Shown here in pieces: positions 48,711-58,253 of a DNA stretch of 64,000 nucleotides. This stretch comes from a virus. Its lineage: Duplodnaviria > Heunggongvirae > Uroviricota > Caudoviricetes. The DNA is taken from IMG/VR virus record IMGVR_UViG_3300043425_000840; one strand, written 5' to 3'. Below the pieces are notes generated by a model, which saw nothing but the letters and a program-made list of their open reading frames with translations, was not told where the DNA came from and ran no database searches. Numbering within the stretch: the stretch's first letter is position 1; each line of letters starts with the position of its first letter. The position numbers and the translations under genes are program-made.

Positions 48711-49449
48711 GTTATGGACATTTGGTTGTAGTTACACCGCAGAATATCATCCACTGAGTTCTATGAATGGTGAGAAAAACAACTATATGTTATATCGAGA
48801 TTGGTTAGGTGGAACGTTACCTGAAACTTGGCCACATAGATTGGGTAAGATGTTGGGTATGGAGGTTGAAAATAAAGGAGTGGGAGGTAGTTCTAATGAC
48901 CATATTTTCGGTGCGTTCTGTGACAATTGTGAAATGATTAATGAGGGTGACATTGTGGTAATTGGTTGGACGCAACTCGCAAGATTTTGGATTAGCAGTT
49001 ATGATGAAAAACAACTACCAAAATTAATCTCAGTACTCCCAAACCACACAAAAAATAGTGACGTCAACTCAACCCATATGTCAACGGAGACGTTAGATTT
49101 CCTTTTAGTTGAGAGAACTAATCCAATATATACAAGAGAAATTTACGATAGACAAAATTTAATAGAAGAACTCTCAAAACACAAAGGTTTTGAGATATTT
49201 TTTTGGTCAAGTGATAGTAAAATTATCTACGATGAACCAAAAGAATTTAAAAATAAAAAAAAGTACCTTTGTTCAGATTCTGTTGATGGTGTATTAGCAC
49301 ACCTAATTAGAAAAAAGGGTGCAAAAACCGTTGAAATGGAAACAAAGGGTAAAATACCCGATTTACATTTTGGTGAAATTGGACATCGGGTTCAGGCGGA
49401 AGTTTTTTACAAAGAAATCTCCACCAAAATAAAAAAGAGTTTATTATGA
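48703..49449 (+). CDS. SGNH-like hydrolase paralogue (Cys variant), tandem array member 2
   Basis: 'MNKLWTFGCSYTAEY', 'GVGGSSNDHIF', 'DLHFGEIGHRVQAEVF'. Confidence 0.55.
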   Translation: MNKLWTFGCSYTAEYHPLSSMNGEKNNYMLYRDWLGGTLPETWPHRLGKMLGMEVENKGVGGSSNDHIFGAFCDNCEMINEGDIVVIGWTQLARFWISSYDEKQLPKLISVLPNHTKNSDVNSTHMSTETLDFLLVERTNPIYTREIYDRQNLIEELSKHKGFEIFFWSSDSKIIYDEPKEFKNKKKYLCSDSVDGVLAHLIRKKGAKTVEMETKGKIPDLHFGEIGHRVQAEVFYKEISTKIKKSLL

Positions 49450-50051
49450 TTAGAGTAATGTGGGTATTTGGTGATGGTTTCAGTAATAGTAGTTGGACAA
49501 CTTTATTAGGTGAGAAATTAGGATACCAAGTTAAAAACTTATCAAAAGATAAAACTTGCAACTATCAAATCTTTGATGATTTCTGTGGTGTATGTGATTT
49601 GATTCATAGTGATGATATTGTTATTATTGGTTGGGGTAATGTTTGTAATTTTAGAACACCAATCAATGATGAGTTTATTTGTTACAGCCCAAATGATTTA
49701 GGTGACGAACACATTGACTCAACATATATTGAGAATGTGGTTAGAGATAGGTTATCTGAAAAATGGTGTGAACAGATTTATTACTATGAAAATATTTTAG
49801 ATGAACTTGCGAAATCGAAGAGATATAATTTGTTTTTTTGGTCAAGTGATGAGGATAGGTTGATATATCCCGCAAGACCATCATTTAAAGCAAAAAGAAG
49901 TTACTTATGTAATGAATCAACAACTTGTTTGGTTAAGTATTTTGAAGAGAAAGGTGCAACTGTAATTGATAATAAGTTCGATGAGGTTGGAAATGAAATA
50001 GTTGCAGATAAATTTTATAATGAAATAAAAACGAGAATACATTCTTTATAA
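49446..50051 (+). CDS. SGNH-like paralogue with Gly at the nucleophile position (probably inactive), tandem array member 3
   Basis: 'VMWVFGDGFSNSSW'; the C-terminus lacks a DxxH His ('DEVGNEIVADKF'). Confidence 0.5.
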   Translation: MIRVMWVFGDGFSNSSWTTLLGEKLGYQVKNLSKDKTCNYQIFDDFCGVCDLIHSDDIVIIGWGNVCNFRTPINDEFICYSPNDLGDEHIDSTYIENVVRDRLSEKWCEQIYYYENILDELAKSKRYNLFFWSSDEDRLIYPARPSFKAKRSYLCNESTTCLVKYFEEKGATVIDNKFDEVGNEIVADKFYNEIKTRIHSL

Positions 50052-50746
50052 TGAAACTGTGGATATTCGGAGATTCCTTTAGTCAGAAGTTCAGTGACTT
50101 TGACCAAAAACTTTACGACCCTATTGATTATAGGGTTCGATACCACATTTGGAAAGGTTATTCACCGAAGTGTTATGGTGAGATTATATCGGATAAATTG
50201 GAATGTGATTTAGAGATATTGGCATCGGCAGGAAACTCGAATGATGAAATATTTCATAGTTTTATTGAGGTGATGGACCAAATCCGACCTGGTGACATTG
50301 TGATAGTCAATTGGACATATCCTAATAGGTTTAGAATTGCGGATGATAATAACAAGTTTGAAAAGGTTATGATTCAGGCGGGTTGTAAATCACCCAACAG
50401 GTTCGTGTCCGAAAAAAGTTTGGAGGAGATTGGTGTAAATCGTAATTCCTCAAGTATATATTATAAGGAGGTTTCTAACTACACCAAAATAATAAAAAAG
50501 GTTTGTGGTGAAGATATCTTCTCAATATTTTGGTATTTTTCGAATATGAATATTCAAAGAAAATATGACGAAAATATCATTAGTTTTTTTGAAAATGTGA
50601 TTCCATTACACGAATATGAAACACTCACAATTGAGACATTGGGTGTGATGGAGGATGGTCACTATTCAGAGGACGGACATAAGGATTTGGCTAACGACTT
50701 ATATAAAATTATAGAAATATGGACTCAAGCAAAACAGATAAAGTAG
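50051..50746 (+). CDS. SGNH/GDSL-like hydrolase paralogue (Ser nucleophile), tandem array member 4
   Basis: 'MKLWIFGDSFSQKF', 'ASAGNSNDEIF', 'EDGHYSEDGHKDLANDLY'. Confidence 0.55.
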   Translation: MKLWIFGDSFSQKFSDFDQKLYDPIDYRVRYHIWKGYSPKCYGEIISDKLECDLEILASAGNSNDEIFHSFIEVMDQIRPGDIVIVNWTYPNRFRIADDNNKFEKVMIQAGCKSPNRFVSEKSLEEIGVNRNSSSIYYKEVSNYTKIIKKVCGEDIFSIFWYFSNMNIQRKYDENIISFFENVIPLHEYETLTIETLGVMEDGHYSEDGHKDLANDLYKIIEIWTQAKQIK

Positions 50747-50891
50747 CAAGAATCATTGCACTTATTATCGCAGTAGGTATCGGTGGTTTAGTATTTTGGA
50801 CCGGTGGTACTATACTTTACTACATTATAAAATATTCATTCTTTTCATAGTATCTTTTGGAATTTTAAATTTTATTTCTTATATTTTTTCT

Positions 50892-51221
50892 ATGAGAAGT
50901 TTTAAATTTTTTTCAGGGAGAAGTACCGGATTAGATTTAGACTCTTCTCCAAGTTGGATATATGACACTAATGTAAATTTAGATGGGTTAGACCATTTCA
51001 TAGTTACCGAACAATACAGAGGTATCTATGACTTCCTAAATCATTTTCCCGATAACTTTGTTGTCGTTGTGAAATCAATAACCTGTAATGGTAGAACACA
51101 TACAGGTACTAGTGAATATCCTGATGGTTGGGGTTTTGATATTACTTCAGATTTATTGACCATTGAACATTATAGATTCACGGAAAACGACGACACTTAT
51201 GACGATACTAATCACTCCTGA
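50892..51221 (+). CDS. FKFF-motif protein (109 aa); start moved to an internal Met of track ORF 50796
   Basis: Starts 'MRSFKFFSGRS'. The longer track ORF overlaps a possible 43-aa TM ORF (50718-50849) and the upstream gene. Confidence 0.4.
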   Translation: MRSFKFFSGRSTGLDLDSSPSWIYDTNVNLDGLDHFIVTEQYRGIYDFLNHFPDNFVVVVKSITCNGRTHTGTSEYPDGWGFDITSDLLTIEHYRFTENDDTYDDTNHS

Positions 51222-51438
51222 CGAATTAGAAGAAGAGTTTAGAGAGAGTTGGAAAATGGGGTTTATACTGCAACCTTCTATCGATTATGCGGATAACGCA
51301 ATCTACGCCAATTTTGAAGGGAAACAGCATATCATATTCAGATTCAAGGACTTCGGTTGGATAAACGATAACCGATTTAATTCCTATACCGTTTCTTCAG
51401 GGTTAGCAGGAATTATGATTAATATTGTTCGAAAATAA
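51199..51438 (+). CDS. hypothetical protein (internal start of track ORF 51163)
   Basis: ORF; the start is uncertain. Confidence 0.35.
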   Translation: MTILITPDELEEEFRESWKMGFILQPSIDYADNAIYANFEGKQHIIFRFKDFGWINDNRFNSYTVSSGLAGIMINIVRK

Positions 51439-51473
51439 TTTGGAATATTCCAAAAATATAATAACTTTACACT

Positions 51474-51716
51474 ATGTTATTCAAATACAGAATTAAATTA
51501 GAATTAGAAGTTGAGTTTGAAGCACCTTTGTTAGGTGTTGATACCACCAAACAAAAAAGAAAATTGGCAGATTCAATAGCTAAAAAAACATTACAAGAAG
51601 TACTTGCAACAAAGATAAACGTTCAACATTTAGAAAGAGATATTGATTTTGAAAATTTGAAAGGAAGTGTTGAGGTTTTAAAAGAGTTAAGTAAATCAGA
51701 AAAGAACAAATATTAA
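51474..51716 (+). CDS. hypothetical protein (80 aa)
   Basis: ORF. Confidence 0.4.
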   Translation: MLFKYRIKLELEVEFEAPLLGVDTTKQKRKLADSIAKKTLQEVLATKINVQHLERDIDFENLKGSVEVLKELSKSEKNKY

Positions 51717-52288
51717 TGGTAAAACTATACGTCACCAAATCTGATATTGATAACATTGTGAGTCAAAAGAATTTCACAAAGGATAATCGTATTGGTAAGA
51801 TTGGTGAGAAGATGGCTGCACAATATTTGATGGACTATAAAGGTTTAGAATTTGTAAGAGAATCGGAAGAGAGAGGTGATTTAAAAAAATGGGATTTAGA
51901 ATTAAAACATAAATCAAAACCATTTAAGTACGAAATCAAAACCGATGTTTATATTATACCAGGTAAGTGGTTTAAACCACAAGGATGGGAAAGAGAGATA
52001 TGGATTGAAGGAAAGGATACTGGAAATATATTCATAGAGTTTCATAGTAGAGGAGTTGATTCAGGAATAACAACAACGACCGCAGATGTGTGGATGAATT
52101 TCTTTTTTCACTTGGACGAATTGTGGTCAATACCTGTAACAAAACTTAGAGAGATTATATCAAACAATGAGTTTCCTGTATCAGAAGAATCGGGTGATAT
52201 AAACAGTCACACGATGGGGTATCTGATACCGAGAGAAAAATATAGAGAACATTTCAAAGTAATTAAGTACCAAAAAATAATAGTATGA
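51716..52288 (+). CDS. hypothetical protein, possible PD-(D/E)xK-like nuclease
   Basis: 'GEKMAAQYL...GLEFVRE...KKWDLELKHK' gives a weak D...E-x-K arrangement. Confidence 0.35.
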   Translation: MVKLYVTKSDIDNIVSQKNFTKDNRIGKIGEKMAAQYLMDYKGLEFVRESEERGDLKKWDLELKHKSKPFKYEIKTDVYIIPGKWFKPQGWEREIWIEGKDTGNIFIEFHSRGVDSGITTTTADVWMNFFFHLDELWSIPVTKLREIISNNEFPVSEESGDINSHTMGYLIPREKYREHFKVIKYQKIIV

Positions 52289-52560
52289 AAACATTTAATG
52301 ATTTGGTTTTTAATCCTCACCCAATAAATAATGGTGTAGTTAGTCGTCTTTATTTTGGGAATGGATACGGTGTATCAGTAGTTAAACACGACTACTCATA
52401 TGGAAATGAAAAAGATTTGTATGAGTTGGCGGTTGTTAGTGAGGAAACCGGAGAAATTCTATATGACACACCAATAACCGAAGATGTTGTGGGTTGGTTA
52501 AGACCAACAGACGTCACAGATATAATGTCGATAGTTCAAAAATTCGATACAAGAAAATAA
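52285..52560 (+). CDS. hypothetical protein; paralogue of 47375-47653
   Basis: See 47375. Confidence 0.45.
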   Translation: MKTFNDLVFNPHPINNGVVSRLYFGNGYGVSVVKHDYSYGNEKDLYELAVVSEETGEILYDTPITEDVVGWLRPTDVTDIMSIVQKFDTRK

Positions 52561-52868
52561 TGTCAAGAAAAAAATTACAAAGAATAATAAAAGAGTGGAA
52601 TGAAGCCACTTCACTAGAGGTATGGGAAGGAGTTAGGGATAATTTTTTCTTTGGATTTCTTGGTGCAACAATCGTAGTGTTTATATCCACAAGAACTGAT
52701 TTGATGGTTATGGTTGGTTACTTGAGTTATTATTATATGTTGGGTAGGATACAAAACAGACCGAGATATGTAACAAGTTTAGGTAAGTTAATCGTATTCC
52801 CAATCCCATCAGCACTTGGTGCATTTACAGGATATAAACTTTCATACTTAATTGAATCATTATTTTAA
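52560..52868 (+). CDS. membrane protein (internal start of track ORF 52494)
   Basis: 'MSRKKLQRII...' begins right at the upstream stop; TM segments follow. Confidence 0.4.
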   Translation: MSRKKLQRIIKEWNEATSLEVWEGVRDNFFFGFLGATIVVFISTRTDLMVMVGYLSYYYMLGRIQNRPRYVTSLGKLIVFPIPSALGAFTGYKLSYLIESLF

Positions 52869-52880
52869 ACAAACAAAAAT

Positions 52881-53108
52881 ATGAATCAGAATTTAATTAA
52901 AATGTTACAAACATCGGCGGAAGCTGATAAAGCGAAAGCATTACTATCATTAGACCTTTTAGGTAATAAAGGTGTAGGTATTGGTGACCATTCAACGAAA
53001 GACTTCTACAACAATGCGGAAGATGCTCTTAAGATGTTAATTGATGCTGATGATAGGTTAGAGGCAATTGAAAAATATTTCACATCAACTGACAAAAGTG
53101 ATAGATAA
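52881..53108 (+). CDS. hypothetical small protein
   Basis: ORF. Confidence 0.4.
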   Translation: MNQNLIKMLQTSAEADKAKALLSLDLLGNKGVGIGDHSTKDFYNNAEDALKMLIDADDRLEAIEKYFTSTDKSDR

Positions 53109-53742
53109 TATCGAAAAAATTAAGCAGTTGTTAAATTTCTCCGAAGTCGGAGATTTTTATATGCTTTATGTTTTCAAACGCAAGAAGGACCAACCCGAAG
53201 GTGAGAAAGATAATCATCAGTCAGTCAGGACAATAAAGACATATTGTGTTGATAGTATTTCATATCTCGATATGAGATATGACGAGATAAAACAATTATG
53301 TGAGGTGTTTAAGGCGAGAGCATACATCCATATTCAAAAACAAAATCACAAAGATGTTTCATTGGATATGTTGGCAACCTTGGCGGAAAGAATTAAGAAC
53401 GGAGTACAAAATCAAAAAGGATTATTTGATTCCGTTGTTGGTCAATTAAAAACACAGGAGAAGAGATGGATTGTTGACATTGATAATCCACAAGTCTCAC
53501 CACTAATGGTTGCCCATATTGAATATGGTTGTGAACCAATTACTGTTGTTGAATATGACGAGGTAGGAATACCGATTGGGTATAAGGTTGGACCGAAAGT
53601 TGAATCGATTATCCCAACAAAAAACGGACATCATTTAATTACCAAAAAATTTGATGTTATGAAATTCAAACAAGAGTATCCCGATGTTGACATTCAAAAA
53701 AAGAATCCAACTTTATTATATTATCCAAACAGTTTAAATTAA
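53068..53742 (+). CDS. hypothetical protein (224 aa; start uncertain)
   Basis: ORF. Confidence 0.45.
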   Translation: MKNISHQLTKVIDNIEKIKQLLNFSEVGDFYMLYVFKRKKDQPEGEKDNHQSVRTIKTYCVDSISYLDMRYDEIKQLCEVFKARAYIHIQKQNHKDVSLDMLATLAERIKNGVQNQKGLFDSVVGQLKTQEKRWIVDIDNPQVSPLMVAHIEYGCEPITVVEYDEVGIPIGYKVGPKVESIIPTKNGHHLITKKFDVMKFKQEYPDVDIQKKNPTLLYYPNSLN

Positions 53743-53748
53743 AAAATT

Positions 53749-53922
53749 ATGAAGAAGTTCAGTATAAGTGAAATGCTTATTTTAATGGTGTGTGTAATTT
53801 GTATTTTTGTGAGTGAATACATTTACTTAGTACAAAACAATCCTTTGAAAGCAATTTTTATTGGGTTATGGCCACCAACAATTTTAGGGTTGTTGAATTT
53901 TGTAAACATTAAAAGAAAATAA
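53749..53922 (+). CDS. small membrane protein (57 aa), below the track cutoff
   Basis: Manual translation: MKKFSISEMLILMVCVICIFVSEYIYLVQNNPLKAIFIGLWPPTILGLLNFVNIKRK. Confidence 0.3.
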   Translation: MKKFSISEMLILMVCVICIFVSEYIYLVQNNPLKAIFIGLWPPTILGLLNFVNIKRK

Positions 53923-53925
53923 AAA

Positions 53926-54294
53926 ATGGAGAATTTAGATATTATAATTCTTACAACTATTGTGTCTACCTTATTTTTAGTATTCGGTATTCTTGTGTAT
54001 AAGGAATTTATGAGTATGGAAAAGAACGGGTATCAATATGACCCGAACGCAAAAAAATATGGAAGAGACGCATTGTTTGTTATGATGCAAAGATTGTTTG
54101 ATGAACAATCTATTCCTAAAAGAGAAAAGAAAATAATTTATAAATCGGTTAACAGAACTATTGCTGATATGGAATCTAATGGTATGTACTTTCCCGAGGA
54201 GATTAAAGAAAAACTAAGAGAGTACCGAGAAGATTTTCATTGTGAATATAGTGGTTTACCATCACCAAAAGCATATGAACAAATTAATAATTAA
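53926..54294 (+). CDS. membrane-anchored protein (122 aa)
   Basis: N-terminal TM segment. Confidence 0.45.
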   Translation: MENLDIIILTTIVSTLFLVFGILVYKEFMSMEKNGYQYDPNAKKYGRDALFVMMQRLFDEQSIPKREKKIIYKSVNRTIADMESNGMYFPEEIKEKLREYREDFHCEYSGLPSPKAYEQINN

Positions 54295-54693
54295 ATTTAA
54301 AAAAACCCTTCAAGAAATATGGTTGGGTTTTAAGATTGCCGAAGAGAATAGACACAAATCCCAATGGGGTAAATGGTAAGAAATATGAAAAGATTATTTG
54401 CAACCTTTATTGAATATCGTTTCACTGACGTAGTGAATGGTAGACGAGTTAATTTATATCGATGTAAAGACGGTAGTTATTTTCTCGCACATTCAAAATT
54501 TGATTCATTATTTTTTTACATACCATTATGAGATTAAACATAGAACTATTCGATATTGAAATCGAAGGTAGAGGAAGAAGTTGGTTTTCGTTATTAGAAA
54601 TCAACCACAACGAATCACTACTCTATATAGAATGGGGTAGAACTGGAAAATTACAAATTAGTTTTTTATTTGGATTAATTAAAAATTACTAAG

Positions 54694-54876
54694 ATGAAGA
54701 AATTAATTTGTAAAATATTCGGACACAAGTACACATACAATTTTGGGTGGGCACCTAATCGTTGTAAGTGTAATAGATGTGGTATGAGTTGGAAAAGTGT
54801 AAAGAATCCAAATTATATACCAAACAAGACATCACCATTTGACGAACCGATAGAAATTTGGGTTGAGGATAAATAA
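54694..54876 (+). CDS. small Cys-rich (zinc-ribbon-like) protein
   Basis: 'CKIFGHKY...CKCNRCGMSW'. Confidence 0.4.
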   Translation: MKKLICKIFGHKYTYNFGWAPNRCKCNRCGMSWKSVKNPNYIPNKTSPFDEPIEIWVEDK

Positions 54877-54889
54877 TTAAATTTTTTTT

Positions 54890-55249
54890 ATGAATCGAAT
54901 TGCCACATTACCTTATGATGAGTTAAAATTTTTTTGGGTGAATAGTCATTATGACATTCATCTCTCAGGATTGTGTAAAATAGGTGACACCATTTTTTAT
55001 TTTAAAACAATTAACAGTAATGAATACTACTACGATGAAACCGAGTTAATGTGTGATGTTTATATGTTATCGTTTAGTGAAGAAATAAAATGGAGATTAA
55101 GAAAGTTTTTCTTTGAACAAATGGTAGGTTATCATTGGTCTTATCCACAGAAAAAAGAATGGGCTCGATTTTATTATAGACGACCGGTATGGTTGAGTAA
55201 ATTACTATTCAAACTCTATTATAAAATTAAAAAAATTTATGGTAAGTGA
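54890..55249 (+). CDS. hypothetical protein (119 aa)
   Basis: ORF. Confidence 0.45.
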   Translation: MNRIATLPYDELKFFWVNSHYDIHLSGLCKIGDTIFYFKTINSNEYYYDETELMCDVYMLSFSEEIKWRLRKFFFEQMVGYHWSYPQKKEWARFYYRRPVWLSKLLFKLYYKIKKIYGK

Positions 55250-55469
55250 ATTTAAATTCTTTCAGAAGAACAAGTATAAAGATAGGTGTCGATTGGAAGT
55301 TGGTTCTTCATTTATCTTGCGTGGATATTATTGTACGGTTACACAAATGTTACCCGATTTTTTTAGATGTGTCATCCAAGAAGATGGTAGAGAATTTGTA
55401 ATGTACTATAACAATTATTTACAAACACCGTCTGCTGCTGGTAGACAATTAAACAGGAGGTATCGTTAA
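55239..55469 (+). CDS. small protein with N-terminal FKFF motif (76 aa)
   Basis: Starts 'MVSEFKFFQKNKYK'; the DNA there is the palindrome 'gaatttaaattc'. Confidence 0.45.
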   Translation: MVSEFKFFQKNKYKDRCRLEVGSSFILRGYYCTVTQMLPDFFRCVIQEDGREFVMYYNNYLQTPSAAGRQLNRRYR

Positions 55470-55510
55470 AAGTTTTTATTATAATATTTTTTTAGTATAT
55501 TTTATATACG

Positions 55511-55795
55511 ATGAAAAAAATTATTTTATTACTAATGTTATTGGGAGTGATAACATCAGAAGCTAAACCTAAGTATCGTATCGAAACGTGGGTATATAAT
55601 GGAACGACATATTACTTACCCCAAGAAAGGATATGGTATAGAACAAACTACTTCTACCTACCATTTAAGGTGTGGAGGTCAGGAGCATATCCATTCCAAC
55701 ACAAAGAACAAGCATTGGATATTATCCAAAATTGGAAAGACTCACATCAAGAAAAAATTGATTACAGAAAGTCAAAATATTATTTGGTAGATTGA
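55511..55795 (+). CDS. small secreted protein (signal peptide)
   Basis: 'MKKIILLLMLLGVITSEA'. Confidence 0.5.
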   Translation: MKKIILLLMLLGVITSEAKPKYRIETWVYNGTTYYLPQERIWYRTNYFYLPFKVWRSGAYPFQHKEQALDIIQNWKDSHQEKIDYRKSKYYLVD

Positions 55796-55959
55796 TGAGA
55801 AATAGACAAGATGAGTTAATTTTGAGGGTTGAGAAACTTGAGAGAAGGTTGAGAGAATTGGAGGATAGGTTAAGGGATGATACAACTAGGTCAAGAGTTG
55901 CCGAACTTGAGAGGAGGGTGAGTAGGGCTATTGAACAAAAAAATGTTACCGCAGAATAA
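55795..55959 (+). CDS. small coiled-coil protein (54 aa), below the track cutoff
   Basis: Manual translation: MRNRQDELILRVEKLERRLRELEDRLRDDTTRSRVAELERRVSRAIEQKNVTAE. Confidence 0.3.
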   Translation: MRNRQDELILRVEKLERRLRELEDRLRDDTTRSRVAELERRVSRAIEQKNVTAE

Positions 55960-55965
55960 TAGTTT

Positions 55966-56397
55966 ATGATTAAACCGTTCAAATTTTTTAAGGGTTATGT
56001 TTATAGTGATGAGTACACCTTTCAGGACACCCCTGAGGGCCATATGAGTAGAAGAATGTTATATCACACAAACCGTGGTCAATATGATAGACTTCGTCAT
56101 CCCAATAATGAGATGGAACGATACTTTTATGATAGGAACTTACGTCACGATAGATTAACGGAGGAGAGACGAGCGGAAGTTACAAGACGGATTAATGAAG
56201 GAAGAGATTTAAATGATAACCCAATAAAATTATTCCAAACAACAACGGTAACAAAGGTGAATCCAAAATGGTGGATGAAGATTAAAATTGTTCTTCAAGA
56301 AAGTTGGTTATATGACCCAATTGGTGTGGTTGTTGTGAGTGCATTGACAACCATTGTTACAATTATCGGAATTGCAAAATTATTAAATGCTTGGTAA
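55966..56397 (+). CDS. protein with N-terminal FKFF motif and C-terminal TM anchor (143 aa)
   Basis: Starts 'MIKPFKFFKGYVYS'; C-terminal 'IGVVVVSALTTIVTIIGIAKLL'. Confidence 0.5.
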   Translation: MIKPFKFFKGYVYSDEYTFQDTPEGHMSRRMLYHTNRGQYDRLRHPNNEMERYFYDRNLRHDRLTEERRAEVTRRINEGRDLNDNPIKLFQTTTVTKVNPKWWMKIKIVLQESWLYDPIGVVVVSALTTIVTIIGIAKLLNAW

Positions 56398-56870
56398 TGA
56401 ATATATTTTACTTGGATAAGAACCCCACAAGATGTGCAAGATACCACAATGACAAACACGTTGTTAAGATGATACTTGAAACCGCACAACTATTGTGTGG
56501 TGCACATTGGGTAACCGGTTCTGAAGCACCATACAAACTATCTCATAAGAATCATCCTTGTGCTATATGGACAAGAACTAATACTGAAAACTATAGATGG
56601 TTATGTATGTTGGGTATTCAATTGTGTTGGGAGTACAAACGTAGATATCTTAAAACACACAAATCATATGACATTATTCTATGGTGTTGTGATAACCCAC
56701 CAAACATACCAGAAGGTAAGTTTATCGAACCACCACTAGCGATGCCTAATGAGTACAAAGAAATGTGTCACGTCCAATCCTACAGAAACTATTACAACTT
56801 TACCAAGAGTTCATTTTCAAAGTGGAAGAATGGTGAGATTCCCGAATGGTTTATTCCAAATTCAGTATAA
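56391..56870 (+). CDS. hypothetical protein (159 aa), conserved-looking His/Cys-rich
   Basis: ORF; I could not place a family. Confidence 0.5.
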   Translation: MVMNIFYLDKNPTRCARYHNDKHVVKMILETAQLLCGAHWVTGSEAPYKLSHKNHPCAIWTRTNTENYRWLCMLGIQLCWEYKRRYLKTHKSYDIILWCCDNPPNIPEGKFIEPPLAMPNEYKEMCHVQSYRNYYNFTKSSFSKWKNGEIPEWFIPNSV

Positions 56871-56928
56871 ATACTGAGCATTTTATTGATTTTTTTGTAT
56901 ATTTTTGTAATATAAAAAGAAATAACTT

Positions 56929-57276
56929 ATGAAAATTAAAAAACGTGGTTTTTTAAATCCGTGGAGAACAATAGCCATTTGGTATATACCGATGTGTACA
57001 TATATTATACACAAGTTGATGGGGACCATTGTGCCCGATAAAGAATGGTATTGGTGGTTATGTATTTCTTTAGCACTATTAGGATGGTTAACACTCAACT
57101 TCAAAATTGTTAAAAATGACGATTGGGGTGGATTGAGTAATGAAGAGTTGATTGGTGATGATGAAATCCCTGGCTCGCATAAAAATAAATGTGAACATCC
57201 TTTAAGAAGAAGAGAAGGTTATCGTGAGGGTGTTTATAAATGTTGGGAATGTGGTAAAATAATATTTGAAGATTAA
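56929..57276 (+). CDS. membrane protein with C-terminal zinc-ribbon-like CxxC
   Basis: Two TM segments; 'CEHPLRRREGYREGVYKCWECG'. Confidence 0.45.
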   Translation: MKIKKRGFLNPWRTIAIWYIPMCTYIIHKLMGTIVPDKEWYWWLCISLALLGWLTLNFKIVKNDDWGGLSNEELIGDDEIPGSHKNKCEHPLRRREGYREGVYKCWECGKIIFED

Positions 57277-57287
57277 AACATAACAAT

Positions 57288-57473
57288 ATGTTACAAAATA
57301 CATTTAGAAAAACAATCATAGACAAACGTCTTGAAGAATTATCTGATAAGGTAAGAAGAGGAACACCAATCTCAATGAGTGAAGCGATTGAAGTAGTAGA
57401 ATATCAAGAGATGTTAAAGAAAAACAAAATTACTTTAAAAGATAGATTTGTTAATTTTTTTAAAATTAAATAA
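57288..57473 (+). CDS. hypothetical small protein
   Basis: ORF. Confidence 0.4.
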   Translation: MLQNTFRKTIIDKRLEELSDKVRRGTPISMSEAIEVVEYQEMLKKNKITLKDRFVNFFKIK

Positions 57474-57474
57474 T

Positions 57475-57732
57475 ATGACACAGATTTGGAAATATAGAGT
57501 TGATGTAGGTACTATAATGATGCCGAAAGGAGCAAAGATATTAACCGTTCAAATGCAAAATGACATCCCTCATATGTGGGCGATTGTTAATGTTGATGCT
57601 GAGTTAGAAGAGAGAGTATTTGAAATTCACGGTACAGGTCATAACATTAGAAATATTGATGAATATGAGTACATTGGTACATATATCGATAATCCTTTTG
57701 TTTGGCATCTATTTGAATTAATTAAAAAATAA
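57475..57732 (+). CDS. hypothetical protein (internal start of track ORF 57448)
   Basis: 'MTQIWKYRVDV...' starts 2 nt after the upstream stop. Confidence 0.45.
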   Translation: MTQIWKYRVDVGTIMMPKGAKILTVQMQNDIPHMWAIVNVDAELEERVFEIHGTGHNIRNIDEYEYIGTYIDNPFVWHLFELIKK

Positions 57733-57736
57733 TAAT

Positions 57737-58048
57737 ATGAAACTAGGAGAATTTATTAAGAACTTCAGTCATAACAATATTGTTAGATTGGTACACAAAG
57801 ATAAGGGTGGACATAAACTTGTATTGGACTATTGGGATGATGTGTCGATGGACCACGAAATATTAAAAGGTAAAGGTAAAAACCGCCACTACATAGATAA
57901 TGAAGTGTTGGGTTTAACCGGAATCTATTTCCAACCGGGAGAAACCCGATATCGTGAAGCAATTAACATTGTTATTGAGGAGTTGGAGAACCAACCAATG
58001 ATTGAAGAGACCGTGGATGAAATTGTTTACGAAGCCGAAGCAAATTAA
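57737..58048 (+). CDS. hypothetical protein (103 aa)
   Basis: ORF. Confidence 0.45.
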   Translation: MKLGEFIKNFSHNNIVRLVHKDKGGHKLVLDYWDDVSMDHEILKGKGKNRHYIDNEVLGLTGIYFQPGETRYREAINIVIEELENQPMIEETVDEIVYEAEAN

Positions 58049-58058
58049 AATTTATTTT

Positions 58059-58253
58059 ATGTTAGAAGTTTTAAAAGTTATATTAATATTCTTATTGAGT
58101 GTATTAATATCATTTGGTTTTTGGTACCTAATCTTTTGGTTCCTAACCGGAGAATCGGATTTGTTTGGTTGGTTTTGGGGTGTGAAATTACTTTACTTAG
58201 TTTTTGGATTTACAACTTTAAGTTCAATACTTGAATTTTTAATGGACATATGA
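58059..58253 (+). CDS. small membrane protein (internal start of track ORF 58002)
   Basis: 'MLEVLKVILIFLLSVLISFGFWYLIFWFL'. Confidence 0.4.
   Translation: MLEVLKVILIFLLSVLISFGFWYLIFWFLTGESDLFGWFWGVKLLYLVFGFTTLSSILEFLMDI

Noticed and set aside
56391-56870. Assigning 56391-56870 to a pyrimidine-dimer glycosylase (T4 DenV-like) or deaminase family
   Set aside because: Comparison from memory with DenV and cv-PDG N-termini and with deaminase HxE/PCxxC motifs did not match. It is left as hypothetical.
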